From Octopus vulgaris (lineage: Eukaryota): a stretch of DNA of 64,000 nt. The position numbers and the translations under genes were made by a program. The notes beneath the pieces were generated by a model that saw only the letters and a list, made by a program, of their open reading frames with translations, had not been told where the DNA came from and ran no database searches. Positions within the stretch are counted from its first letter, which is position 1; every line of letters starts with the position of its first letter. Location of the stretch: contig OX597830.1 of the NCBI GenBank assembly GCA_951406725.2, positions 66,774,001-66,838,000 on the forward strand, in the 5' to 3' direction. Positions 43,371-56,949 of the stretch are shown piece after piece.

Positions 43371-45086
43371 ATATATGTATCTATGTATATATATATCTTA
43401 GGTCCTGGTAGGGTATAAAGGTAGAGTATTTCCAGAGAACCACTCAGTTTGTGTTCTAGACAATCAACATTGTCAGATTCCAGACTAATACCGAAAGTCT
43501 TCATGTCTAGAAAATTGTTGTATGGATGTGGCTAAGAAAGAAGACAAGGAAATCCTTTAACACATCTTTTATGAGTTGTTACAATTATTTTCATACCAAC
43601 TCTGCTTGTAATGCCAGTTAATGCAAAAATTTGAAATGAAAATTTATGTAATATATATATTGCAGTGTGTGTGTGTGTGTGTGTGTATTGTATTTTTAAC
43701 ACATCAAGTCAATGAAGAGATTATGCTTCAGACAGTTTCACAGCATGAAACTTTCTTAAAGGTGTGTATTCATTTAGTATGATACGCAAATGGCAATTTT
43801 GATTTAATGCTGCTTCACTAACATTTTCTGACGTTTTTCTACAGTCTGGCAAAGCTTCTGTAATACTAACGGCTGTATTATTCATTGGTACTTTGATACC
43901 GAGACATGAATTTCATTTAAGCATCATAGTTGGGTGCATGATGTTCACAGGCCTCAAAAAGGGGGCAAAATCATTTTGTCATTCTTGTGGGTCACTGCAG
44001 TGGTAGTGTTGGTCTCACATTATATATTATGTGTTTAACATAAGTCTATGAAGAGATTTTTTTTATGTCAGATAATTCCACAGCATCAGGCCTTCTAATG
44101 CTGTGTATACATTTAGTATGATACAAAGATAGCAGTTTTAATTCAGTGCTGTTTCAATTGTGTTCACAGAGTTAATCCTTCCAGTTTCATGTCCATGGCA
44201 CTTAATAGTATTAAATCTTATAATCAATGTGTTTCAATTTTATTGCAAATATCTGTACCTAGAGCAAGAGAGAGGTGGTGTGGTGGTGGAGGGGTGTTAA
44301 GGTTTTAATTTATAAACTCTGTAAAAATGAACATGACAGTATATCAAGATGATATAGTGTGTACACTAGTCATAAGAAACCAACATTACATTTTACATCG
44401 TACACACATTAAAAATCTTCATGCTTTAGAAAATTATTTCTCCATAAATCTATTTTTTTAAATTTTATTTATTTACAAACATAGGAATTCAGCTTGTAGC
44501 TATTTATGAGAACAACAGGTGGATATATATATACTCAGTTGGAAATTGTGGTCTATATAAATAAATGTAGAACAATTAACCAGCATATATATATATAGAT
44601 GATGATGATGATGATGATATATATATAATAATAATAATATTAGGGAGTAAATCCAAACTTACAGGGAAAAATTAGATTTAGGATTAAATCTAATTTTGTA
44701 GTATAAATATATATATATTAAATTAGAGATAAAACCACTATTAGGCAAATCAAATATATATATATATATATATATATATAAAGGGTAAGACCCCCTTCAG
44801 TGATGAATGACCATGGGATTGCACCTAGAAAGTTATCCTGCGAGGCACAAGTCTGGGCAAGGTTGTTTATGGAAGACCAGCAGTCACCCATGCATACCAT
44901 CCTTCCCTCTCCATGACACCGATGTTATCCAAGAGAAAGGCAACGTCAGTGAGGTTGCAACTCATTTCTGTAGATGAGTGAACAGGAGCAACGTGAAATA
45001 AAGTGTCTTGCTCAAGAACACAACACATAGAACTCATTACCTCATGATTGTGAGCTCAATGCTCTAACCACTGGGCCATGTGCCTT

Positions 45087-45196
<110 letters not shown>

Positions 45197-45507
45197 TAAC
45201 CATCTTACATTCCAAAATGGACATGATGGACATGCTATCTTTTGAACATAGGAGATTATTTCCTTGAAATCATGTTCTAGTTATTGACATAGGTATGTGT
45301 TTGTGTACACATTTATACATACACACACACAAATGTTATTTATATATATATTACTGAATTCCTTCTTTGCTCTTAAATATCCATTAAATATCCATGTTAA
45401 ATGATATACAGTTTCGTTTGCTTTTCAAAGAGTTCTAATTTCAAATGCTCTATATTTAGAAGAAATATCCTTCGCATTTTCAAGAAAGCATTTTAAGACT
45501 TTTTAAT

Positions 45508-45516
45508 ATCTCTCTC

Positions 45517-45578
<62 letters not shown>

Positions 45579-45816
45579 CCTCTTCCTTGTCTGCCTCCTC
45601 TTCCTTCTCCTCCTCTTCTTCCTTCTCCTCCCCTGTTCCTCCCCTCCTCCTCTTCCTTGTCCTCCTCCTCTTCCTTGTCCGCCACCTCTTCCTTCTCCTC
45701 CTCTTCCTTCTCCTCCCCCTGTTCCTCCCCTCCTCCTCTTCCTTCTCTTCTTCCTCTTCCCCCCTCCTCCTCTTCCTTCTCCTCCTCCTCTTCCTCCTCC
45801 TCCTTCCTCTTCCTCT

Positions 45817-45848
<32 letters not shown>

Positions 45849-45865
45849 CTCTTCCCCCTCCTCTC
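45508..45865. repeat. (CT)n plus (CCT/CTT)n polypyrimidine tract
   Basis: Directly visible. Confidence 0.95.
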
Positions 45866-46547
45866 GTCTATTCCCAACAAAACCACATCAGAAACTGAAC
45901 ACCATGTTTTCCAGCATTTACTGTAAACATGTAGTATACACATTCAAACACCGTCACAATCTTTCCAAATCCCACTGCATTTCACATGGAATTTTTTGGT
46001 CCTACAAAATCATTTTGGTGTTTAAGTCAACATATCCACCTCAAAAAATAGAACCAATATTTTCTGATTCTGCAATATTTTTTTCTTTTTCAGTATCTCT
46101 CATTTTTGTATCCATTGCTAAAAGTATTTGATTCTTGCTCTGTGAAGAGATATTTGATGAAATATGCAAAAAAAATTTTTTTAATCTGTAAAACTGTCTT
46201 TAGTAAAAAGTGTCATTGGGTATTATCTCCACTTCTCAGATTAAAGGGAGGGTTTTTTTTTTTGTTTTCAAAGCTGTTGGGTAAAACTGCATTCTACAGT
46301 TAACAGTAATAAAATTTGGAGCCGTTAAGTCTCAGCCACAAGATAGGTAAAAATGATATCAACTTGTCAGAATAGTTAACATAGTTAACATAGTGGTGCA
46401 GGTGTGGCTGTGTGGTAAGTAGCTTGCTTACCAGCCACATGGTCCTGGGTTCAGTCCCACTGCGTGGTACCTTGGGCAGGTGTTTTATACTATAGCCTTG
46501 TGAGCGGATTTGGTAGATGGAAACTGAAAGAAGCCTGTCGTATATAC

Positions 46548-46621
<74 letters not shown>

Positions 46622-47122
46622 TTGTGTGTCTGTTTGTCCCCCCAGCATCATTTGACAACCGAAGCTGGTGTGTTTACGTCCTTCAAACTTAGCGATTCAG
46701 CAAAAGAGAACCAATAAAATAAGTACTAGGCTTACAAAGAATAAGCTCTGGAGTCGATTTGCTGGACTATAAAGGCAGTGCTCCAGCATGGCCGCAGTCA
46801 AATGACTGAAACAAGTAAAAGAGTAAAAGAGTATAGTTAAGTGACCAAGGTATTGAATAACTGCTATTTTCTTATAAGCCATTACCTGTGATAATTATTA
46901 TACTGTGACAGGTGAGAAGAATCAACAAGGAGGGGTGTGATTTGAGGGATATGTGGCAGTTATTTCTAGCTGGTTAGTTCAGTAATGGCACACTCTATGA
47001 ACAGTTTATGAGCATATCCGCAGGTGTGGTTATGTGGTAAGGAGCTTGCTTCCCAACCACGATCTACTTACCACACAGCCACATGCACCCCGCCCCACAT
47101 ATATATGTATATACATATGTAT

Positions 47123-47156
<34 letters not shown>

Positions 47157-47875
47157 GTGCGGACATGGTTTTTCAGTCAAGATTTTGGATTCTGCCCCAT
47201 TATGTGACACCTTGGTCAAGCATCTTCTACTATAACCCTGGGCCAATCAGTGCCTTCTGAGTGGATTCAGTTGGTGGAAGCTAAAAGACCTTCATATATG
47301 TTGGGTATATCTGCACACATATATAGGTGTGTGTGTGTGTACACCTATATACAGGTGTGTGTGTGTGTGTACACATATATAGGTGTGTGTGTGTACACAT
47401 GTATATATGTATGTGTGACTACATACATATGTATGTTTATATGAAGTGAGTTTGCATTTCATTCATCTCCTTGGATCATTCTAAAATCTGAAAAGATCCA
47501 AGATCCACAACACTTTTAATCCTAAGTATTTTGAATATGGGATTATTGAAGGCTGCAAGCTGGCAGAAACGTTAGCATGCCGGGTGAAATGCTTAGCAGT
47601 ATTCCATCTGTCTTTACATTCTGAGTTCAAATCCCGCTGAGGTTGACTTTGTCTTTCATCCTTTCAAGATCGATAGATTAAGTACCAGTTGCATACTGGG
47701 GTCGATCTAGTCAACTGGCCTCTCCCTAAAAATTTTTGGCCTTGTTCTTTGAGTAGAAAAGAATAAGGGATTATTGATTGTAATACATAAGGAAATCTCT
47801 GAAGTGTTTCTTCAAGTGTATTTAATGAACTGAATAATTTATTTTGACTAAAATAAAATCATTTTCTCTTTTCAG

Positions 47876-47950
47876 AATATTTAGGAAGTTCCAGTACATT
47901 CTAAATCCTAGGCAGGTCTATAATTTGACGAAAGGTGGCCCCAAGGCTGG
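47876..47950 (+). CDS. DGKB: DGK exon [24 protein letters not shown](G)
   Basis: ttttcag| ... |gtaagt, 75 nt, phase 2 to 2; LNPRQV motif. Confidence 0.96.
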
Positions 47951-48976
47951 GTAAGTTTATTATTTCTATGCCAACACGATATTATTAACTAAACTCAGTG
48001 GACAATGCTAGTAAACATATTTACAACAGAGCTGTCTCTGTACCATCCTTCAACTTCTCAACACCTGGCATAATGCCACTTCCTTTCTCTGCTACTACAC
48101 TCCATTCAGTTGGGGGTCTTTTCATTGTCTTGTAAGTTACTTGGTTACCTCATTGGTCCTGAAAAAATAAAGAGCAGTATACTTTGTAAAGTGGTTGGCA
48201 TTAGGAAGGACATCCAGCTATTGAAATCAAGCCAAAACAGATGCTGAAGATCAACAGAATTCTCTCTCTAGCCCCTTGGATTCAGTCAAAACATCAAAGC
48301 CATGTTAGCATGAGTATTACTTTCACCAGCATTAGAATCCCAATGAAGAACAAGCACACAATATTAATGTATAGTTAATGTATACAACAAAATTACCATA
48401 AACTAAGAAACCAATAACATCAAAACAGGTTTAACCCTTCAAGAACTAGAATTTCATTGAAAGACAACTTATAACCTTGAGATCACAAGATACAAAAGGT
48501 TCGCAGTCAACAAGCTCATCATCAAGCATATACATCAAGGCGATGCCAGTGACCCAGCATGGTCACAATCCAATGGCTGAAATAAATAAAAGATCCCATC
48601 CTCAGCTGCCTGACAGATGTCATTATGGTTTCAACACCTTGCCCAGTATCATTCACTATGACAGTATTTATTTACACACACACACACATACATCTCTGCT
48701 TTATTGATCACATGAATACTCTGTACCATGTTAGCTAGCAACCCATGTCTGCCCATTAGGACTATTTTGAAAAGCCTCTGAGATTCAGTCTATTGCAGAC
48801 TGGGTTTTGTTTTGAGAATTACTTAGATGATAAAACTCTATTTTGCAATTATTATTTTTAGATAACATTAACATTAAATAAAATAATATTCGATGGAAAA
48901 CATAGATATAAATTTTCCGAAATTTTTCTCTTTTATCTTGTATTCCATTTTATGACTATTTTCCATTTCTATTCAG

Positions 48977-49062
48977 GCTGCAGTTCTTTAAAGATGTAAA
49001 ATGCGCACGTGTCCTTGTATGCGGCGGAGATGGTACTGTAGGTTGGATTTTAGATGCTATGG
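48977..49062 (+). CDS. DGKB: DGK exon with ATP-binding GGDG motif [28 protein letters not shown]
   Basis: attcag| ... |gtaagt, 86 nt, phase 2 to 1. Confidence 0.97.
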
Positions 49063-49311
49063 GTAAGTAAAATAGCTTCACATTATTTGGCAGTAGTTTC
49101 ATTTTTGAATTCGTGGGAGGGCGCTACTATCTTTTACTTTTTTTCTATCATTAGACTGAGGCCATGCTGGGGCACCATCTTAAAGAATTTTAATTGGACG
49201 AATTGATAGCTGTACTTATTTTTTTTTTAAAGCCTAGTAATAATTCCATCAGTCTCTTTTTGCCAAACTGCTAAGCAATGGTAGGAGACAATCAGTCACA
49301 TAAACACACAA

Positions 49312-49344
<33 letters not shown>

Positions 49345-50296
49345 CACACCTATTTCTTTACTACCCACATGGGGCTAAACACAGAGGGGACAAACAATGA
49401 CACAACCGGATTAAGTCGATGTAATCGAGCCCAGTGCATAACTGGTACTTAATTTATCGACCTCGAAAGGATGAGAGGCAAAGTCGACCTCGGCGGAATT
49501 TGAACTCAGAATGTAGTGGCAGGTGAAATACAGCTACGCATTTCGCCCGGCGTGCTAACGATTCTGGAATCATGTGTTGGAATCTGCACCTATCACCACT
49601 CTTCCATTGCCATAGGGCTTTCAGTTGACGGAATGGTAAATGAAGTCTCTATAAAGACACACCTGTACATCATTAAATCATAAGGATAACGTTTGTGCAA
49701 CACAGGTACCATTCTGTGAGTCTCCATGGTTAGTAACTTAGTTACAGGCTGAAGTGAAATGACCGGTAATCATGTGAAACTGTAGGTAGCATGTCAGTGT
49801 CTCTCTACTAGAATGTTTATGACTTGTAGGAACACTATATTTTGTTATGCAATCATAATTTACTACAAAGTATGTTAAACGTTTTTATAAGTCAAAACCA
49901 TGTTCTACTGTGTTAGCAGTGCTCTAACATCACCCGTTAAGGTTATTTCTATAGAAATTATAACCAGCATTGATTTTGTTACGACATTTCATATCTGAGA
50001 CGCCAGATGTAAACAACAATATATTGAAGGTGAGAAATGTGTAATGGGCATTTATGCCATATATTAGGGGTCTTTGTTCCTTCATCAACACCCATCCAAC
50101 TTCCTATAATCTCTATAGGAAATCTGTAGTGAAAACCTTAACAAGACTGTTAGAAAGGTGGATGTCTCAACAACATATACAAGTATTTGTTCATAAACAC
50201 ATTCACTTGTAATAAGATTATTGATACATGACCGCGTGTGTACCGTTGGCGATTTTTTTTTCCTCTGTCTTCCCTTCTCTGGATATTTCTTTCTCC

Positions 50297-50334
50297 TATG
50301 TTTCCGACGAAGAGCCCCGCTCGAAACGTTAAAC
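50297..50334 (+). ncRNA. Minimal hammerhead-like motif (core variant CCGACGA) in a dispersed repeat
   Basis: gttt-CCGACGA-a-gagc-ccc-gctc-GAAA-c-GTT-aaac. Related copies at 63941-63977 (+), 63686-63722 (+) and 43066-43100 (-). Confidence 0.5.
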
Positions 50335-50489
50335 CCTCCTTCTTCCCTTCCTTCTTGAGTGTCTAATAATACCATATTTGTTCCACGTCCTCGCGTTGTT
50401 GTGTTTTCTCTTTGTGTTTTCATGTTTGGATTAACTATATATGTATATATATATATTTTGTAATTGATGTTGTTGTTGTTGTTTTGCAG

Positions 50490-50579
50490 ATAAAATGAAT
50501 ATTGAGCCACGCCTTCCTGTAGCTGTTCTTCCATTGGGTACTGGAAATGATTTAGCTCGTTGTCTCAATTGGGGTCCAG
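50490..50579 (+). CDS. DGKB: DGK exon (D)[29 protein letters not shown]
   Basis: ttttgcag| ... |gtaaag, 90 nt, phase 1 to 1; PLGTGNDL motif. Confidence 0.97.
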
Positions 50580-52095
50580 GTAAAGCTATATATACACTTT
50601 TACTCTTTTACTTGTTTCAGTCATTTGACTGCGGCCATGCTGGAGCACCACCTTTAGTCGAGCACATCGACCCCAGGACATATTCTTTGTAAGCCCCTAG
50701 TATTTATTCTATTGGTCTCTTTTGCTGAACCGCTAAATTATCAGGAGGTAAACATGCCAGCATCAGTTGTTAAGTGATGTTGTGGGGACAAACACAGACA
50801 CACAAACATATATACACACACAAACATATATATATGTATATATATACATACACATACGATAGGCATCTTTCAGATTCTGTCTACCAAATCCACTCACAAG
50901 GCTTTGGTTGGCCCGTGGCTATAGAAGACACTTGCCCAAGATGCTACACATTGGGACTGAACCCAGAACCATGTAGTTCGTAAGCAAGTTACTTACCACA
51001 CAGCCACTCCTATATATCTTTTGCTTGTTTTAGTCATTAGACTGTGGCCATGTTGGGGCACTGCCTTAGAGAATTATAGTTGCACAAATTGCTCCCAGTA
51101 TTTATATATATATTTTTATAGCCTGGTGCATATTCTGTTGGTCCCTTTTTGCTGAACCACTAAGTTATGGGGACATAGACATACCAATACTGGTCATCAA
51201 GCAGTGATGGAGAACAAACACAGATGAACACACACATATTTGATGGGCTTCTTTTAGTTTCCATCTACCAAATCTACTCACAAGGTTTTGGTTGGCCCAA
51301 GGCTATAGTAGAAGACACTTGCCCAAAGTGCCATGCAGTGGGACTGAACTCAAAACCATGTGGCTGGGAAGCAAACTTCTTACCACACAGGCAAAGGCTT
51401 TAGTTGAACAAATCAACCCCTGTACTTATTTTTTAAAGTCTAGTGCTTATTCTATCAGTTATGGGGATGTAAACAAACCAATGCTTGTCAAGTGATGTCA
51501 GAGAAAGAAATATAAACAAAAGGACTACACACATGTACACTCGCACACACACACACACACTCACACACACACATACACACACACATACACACTCACACAC
51601 ACTTCCGCACAGTGTCCATCTTCAAACTTCACTCACTAGATTCACTCATAAGTCATAAGGTATTTATTTCTTTATTGCCCAAAAGGGGCTAAACACAGAG
51701 GGGACAAACAAGGACAGACAAAGGGATTAAGTCGATTACATCAACCCCAGTGCATAACTGATACTTAGTTAATGGACCCCGAAAGGATGAAAGGCAAAGT
51801 CGACCTCAGTGGAATTTGAACTCAGAATGTAACGGCAGACAAAATACTGCTAAGCATTTCTCCTGGCATGCTAACAATTCTCCTAGCTTGCCACCCTAAA
51901 ATCATAAAGTATTAGTCATAAGTTATAACTCATAAGGTATTGGTCACCCAAGGTGCTGCTTAGTGAGATTGAACCTAAAAACTACATGGTTGCAAAATGA
52001 GCTTCTTAACTACGCAGCTATGCTTGTACTGATAATATTAATTTGATATTCTTTTCTCTCTCACTCTCTTTCTTTCTTTCTTTTTTTTTTTACAG

Positions 52096-52259
52096 GATAT
52101 GAAGGAGAAAGTTTAGAGAAAATTATTCACTCTATTGAGAAAAGTACCGAAGTGATGTTAGACCGTTGGCATATTGAGGTGAATGATGTTGAAGAGAGTG
52201 GTGAACCTGGTGACGCTGTACCTCTTAATATCATCAACAACTATTTTTCTATTGGAGTG
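52096..52259 (+). CDS. DGKB: DGK exon (G)[28 protein letters not shown]...[13 protein letters not shown]
   Basis: Poly-T tacag| ... |gtgagt, 164 nt, phase 1 to 0. Confidence 0.97.
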
Positions 52260-52539
52260 GTGAGTAGACAAACATCATTTGATTTATATGACAATAATGC
52301 AGTGAGCAGACAGAATCATTATTATGCTGGGCAAAATTCTTCGCAGCATTTCTTCATATTTTCATTCTGAGTTCAAATGCTGCCAAGATTGACTTTGCCT
52401 TTCATATTTTCAGAGTTGATAAAATAAGTACCAGCTCAGCACTGGGGTGGACATAATCAGCTTCCCCACTTATTCAAGAATGCTGGCCTTGTGCCAAAAT
52501 TAGAATTATATTTGGCAGTTGTTTTGATAATTTATATAT

Positions 52540-52768
52540 TTCTTTACTACCCACAAGGGGCTAAACATAGAAGGGACAAACAAGGACAGACAAACGGATT
52601 AAGTCGATTACATCGACCCCAGTGCGAAACTGGTCCTTTATTTATCGACCCCGAAAGGATGAAAGGCAAAGTCGACCTCGGCGGAATTTGAACTCAGAAT
52701 GTAACGACAGACGAAATACCGCGAAGCATTTTGCCCGGCTCGTTAACGTTTCTGCCAGCTCGCCGCCC
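52540..52768 (-). mobile_element. SINE family A, young full-length copy
   Basis: Reverse complement of the 18491 and 38150 copies with few differences. Confidence 0.85.
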
Positions 52769-52993
52769 TTGTTTTGATAATTTATAGCTATGCCCCACCC
52801 TCCTAGTAATTATTTGGTAAATTTTTGCACCCCTATAAAAGTAACATCACATTTGAAGATGAAAAAGTTAATATTTAAACAGCTAGTTTATTTTATTATT
52901 ATTATTCTTTTTTAATTGAACCCCATACAGTATTGTGGGTGAACAAATTGTACTATGAAAATAAACTTAAAATTTAAATGTAAATTGAACAAT

Positions 52994-53392
52994 AGACGCA
53001 GGAGTGGCTGTGTGGTAAGTAGCTTGTTTGCCAACCAGATGGCTCCGGGTTCAGTCCCACTGCATGGCACCTTGGGCAAGTGTCTTCTACTATAGCCTCG
53101 GGCCGACCAAAGCCTTGTGAGTGGATTTGGTAGACGGAAACTGAAAGAAGCCCGTCGTATATATGTATATATATGCGTGTGTGTGTGTTTGTGTATCTGT
53201 GTTTGTCCCCCTAGCATTGCTTGACAACCGATGCTGGTGTGTTTATGTCCCCGTTACTTAACGGTTTGGCAAAAGAGACCGATAGAATAAGTACTGGGAT
53301 TACAAAAGAATAAGTCCCGGGGTCGAGTTGCTCGATTAAAGGCGGTGCTCCAGCATGGCCGCGGTCAAATGACTGAAACAAGTAAAAGAGTA
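52994..53392 (+). mobile_element. tRNA-derived SINE family B with internal (TA/TG)n, full length
   Basis: Head gcaggagtggctgtgtggtaag...ggttcagtccc, tail gactgaaacaagtaaaagagta. Other copies at about 4812, 10219, 22430, 37195, 37995, 46395 (+) and 26000, 26468, 50600, 51015, 56150, 58855 (-). Confidence 0.85.
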
Positions 53393-53882
53393 ATTGAAAA
53401 AAATATATAAACTCTGAAATCCATCACTATTGTGAACATAGAATTCAATGTCTTTGTTTCCGATTCTTGTTCTTGATTTTATGAAAATCAATCTTAAATG
53501 TACCACGTGTTCATCATTATTCATGCTCTCAGTAACACGATTACCCAAACTTTTAATTGCATTAAATGCAATCAAATTATCCACTTTGAATACATGACAA
53601 CTTGGAGTAATGAGAACACATTATTGATGATATTCAGGAATGATGAAGAATTGGCTTTGACAAACTGCTGATTAGTTGAGTCATCGAATGATTAATCACA
53701 CAATCAGTTAAAGTTAATTGGTTAATTAATTAGCCACTTGACTAGTAATGATAATAGAAAGAAGAAAAATAGAACCGGTGTGTGTTTATTGGCAACATGA
53801 CCCTCCCAAAATACACCGACTGTTTGATTATCATTGTTTCGAAATTAATTCTTATTCTTTTGTAATAACTTGTTATTGTCAG

Positions 53883-53947
53883 GATGCTTCCATTTGCCAC
53901 CGTTTCCATACAATGAGAGAAAAACATCCAGAGAAATTTAACAGCAG
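53883..53947 (+). CDS. DGKB: DGK exon [21 protein letters not shown](R)
   Basis: gtcag| ... |gttagt, 65 nt, phase 0 to 2. Confidence 0.97.
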
Positions 53948-54046
53948 GTTAGTTTTGAAAGAAATATTTAAATTTTTCTTTTTTGCAGTTGAAATATCAT
54001 ATGTACTTCATACTTTACAGTAACCTATTTGTTTTATTACACACTG

Positions 54047-54105
<59 letters not shown>

Positions 54106-54458
54106 TTATATATATATATATTCATTCATTCACTCCTTTCATTCATACACACACACACACGCACTGGCATGGCCATTTTAACCCCAGGAAGATGCCTCCT
54201 CTGGCTGGTTATCGCTGCAACCTGCACCTGATTTATATTGCAAGCAGGGGAGCGAACCTCTATCATCTCCCAGTAACAAGACCACTTAACCGTATGATTT
54301 TGAGCTATTTGTGCTCATCTTCAGTGGAGGATACTCATCCACTAGAAATAACAGTGGTTCACTTCAGCTCACAATATATAGAAAAATAGGCGGTGCCTGA
54401 AAATTGAGATTTTTGGAATGTTTTTGGATTTAATGTAACTTTGTGAATTTATTTGCAG

Positions 54459-54549
54459 AATAAAGAACAAAATGTGGTATTTTGAATTTGGTACATCAGA
54501 AACGTTTTCTGCAACTTGCAAGAGCCTGCATGAAAATATTGAAGTATCG
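54459..54549 (+). CDS. DGKB: DGK exon [30 protein letters not shown]
   Basis: tttgcag| ... |gtatgt, 91 nt, phase 2 to 0. Confidence 0.97.
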
Positions 54550-54591
54550 GTATGTATGTTTAGTTTTCTAATCTTAATCTTGGCACCATAG

Positions 54592-54631
<40 letters not shown>

Positions 54632-54787
54632 GTTTAACGTCCGTTTTCCGCGCTAGCACGGGTTGGACAGTTCGACCGGGATCTGGGAAGCCAGGAGGCT
54701 GCACCAGGCTCCAGTCTGATCTGGCAGTGTTTCTACAGCTGGATATCTGAAGATAATGTCTGCCTATTCTGTGCTACACCAAATGAT

Positions 54788-54818
<31 letters not shown>

Positions 54819-54899
54819 TACACACACACATTGATAAGGAGAATGAAGAATTTGAATAGTCAAACGGTATGTTTATTTCCAGTTAGTTTATTCATGATA

Positions 54900-54982
54900 A
54901 TTGTGCAACGTGCGTTTCGGTCGCATTAACTGCAAATTGTTGCATATTTATATGCAGTGATTTATGCTTCATCAGTACAATC
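54900..54982 (-). ncRNA. Hammerhead-like motif with intact core
   Basis: Minus strand: attgta-CTGATGA-agcat...atgcgacc-GAAA-cgcac-GTT-gcacaat. Confidence 0.45.
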
Positions 54983-55279
54983 TCTTCAGAGCATATAACT
55001 ATGACATTGTTCAAAGAGGAATTTTCCTCCGCTGTTAGTTTGAATTAGGCTTGGTAGTAGTAGTAGTAGTAGTAGTAGTAGTGAACCATGACATTCTTCA
55101 ATGAGCTGCTTTTCTCAACTGATTGTTTTGGGTAATATCATTCAAATTCTACCAAGGTGGACTTTGTCTTTCATCCTTTCAGGTGCGATGAAATAAGTAC
55201 CAGTTATGCACTGTGGGTCGATGTAATCGACTTACCCCTTACCCAAAATTTCAGGCCTTGTGCCTATGTTAGAAAGGAT

Positions 55280-55616
55280 TATTATTATTATTTTATGTTT
55301 GACTTTTGCTTTACATTTGTATAAGTTGACTCCAAGTCTCACCCAGAGACCTCAAGAGACAAGTTGGAAGTTCATGTTGGTGTTATGCCTAGGGTGCCAT
55401 ATATTTGGTTTTGTACATTGTGTTGTTCTAGAGAACGTTTAAGAAAACATAAGAAAATTATGTTTGTTTTAAAACTTGAGATTACATAGAAAGTATTTTG
55501 CGTAGGATATGGACAGTTTCTCATGAGTAATATCTTTTGAATTTCTGCCATTTTGAGGTTTCCTGGTGTCTGAGCTAGGTAGCAATCAGCCCGTTTTGCT
55601 ATCATTCCCAGGGCAC

Positions 55617-55620
<4 letters not shown>
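55280..55620 (-). mobile_element. R4/Dong-type LINE 3' end with (TAA)n tail
   Basis: Minus-strand translation ISALGMIAKRADCYLAQTPGNLKMAEIQKILLM, followed by 3' UTR and TAA repeats. Confidence 0.6.
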
Positions 55621-55653
<33 letters not shown>

Positions 55654-55704
55654 GTTTTTTCTTTCTTTCTTCAAATTTTCTTCCGTTTCTCGCCGAGTGT
55701 TTTC

Positions 55705-55746
<42 letters not shown>

Positions 55747-55789
55747 GATTATTATTATTTTTATTATCATTATTATTATTATTTTTCAG

Positions 55790-55997
55790 TGTGAAGACTG
55801 TTCTCTAGAGGTGCATAAAGGTTCTGGTCTTGAAGGTATTGCCATGTTAAACATACCAACCATTTATGGTGGAGCATCTTTGTGGGGTGAAAACCCCACC
55901 AAAAAACAAAAACAAAAGATACTTAAAAGTGTCAAGAAAAAGAAAGACCAAAAGATGTACCCCCAGTCCAAAACTGAACTCCAAGCCTGCATTTCAG
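55790..55997 (+). CDS. DGKB: DGK accessory-domain exon CEDCSLEVHKGSGLEGIAMLNIPTIYGGASLWG...ELQACIS
   Basis: tttttcag| ... |gttagt, 208 nt, phase 0 to 1. Confidence 0.96.
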
Positions 55998-56949
55998 GTT
56001 AGTTATGATCTTTCTTGGCGTAGAAGTCTATCTTTCACAAAATCTCTACAGAATCTGTTTTTGTTATTACAGAAGCCTTGTTTCATCATTGTAGAAGTCT
56101 GCTAGCTGTGACATTAATAAACTAGAATTTATTCCTCGGACTCAAGAAATGTTTTTACGTTTTACTTGTTTCAGTCATTGGACTGCAGCCATGCTAGGAT
56201 ACCCACCTTGAAGGGTTTATTTGAGCAAATTGATCTCAATACTTGTTATCTTTTTAAGCATTGGTACTTATTCTGTCAGTGTCTTTTACTGAACCACTAA
56301 ATTACGGAGACATAAACACACCAACACTGGTTGTCAAGCAGTGGTGGGGGTCAAACACAGACACAAAGACACATACACGTAGATACATACATACATACAA
56401 ACATACATACACGTAGATACATACATATACACACACGATGGGTTTCTTTCAGTTTCCATCTGCCAAATCCACTCACAAAGCTTTAGTTGGCCCAAGGCTA
56501 TAGTAAAAGGTGCCTGTCGAAGGTGCTACACAGTGGGACTGAACCCAAAGCCATGCAGTTGGGAAGCAAACATCTTACCACACTGCCACACCTGTAGCTA
56601 TGTATCAACTTTTTATCTCTCTCTCTCTATCTCTCTATCTATCTATCTTACTTTCTCTCTCTCACTTACTCATACATATATACAGCAGCAAACCTTCTTC
56701 CAATTCTATATACACCTATATACACAGTAGGCCTCTGACTTCTCTGAAAATAACCAATTTGAATCTTCCTAACTTTCTTTAAACTGATTCCTTGTAATAG
56801 CTACTAGTGACATTGAGTGTAAAATACAAATATCCAAACCCTTGTCACCTGATATCTAGTCTCACTGTTTTAAGTTCATGTCTCAGTCACGTGTAGTTAT
56901 CTCTATTTCTCCATTCTCCAGAATTACTAACTTAAGTACCTGTAATATC

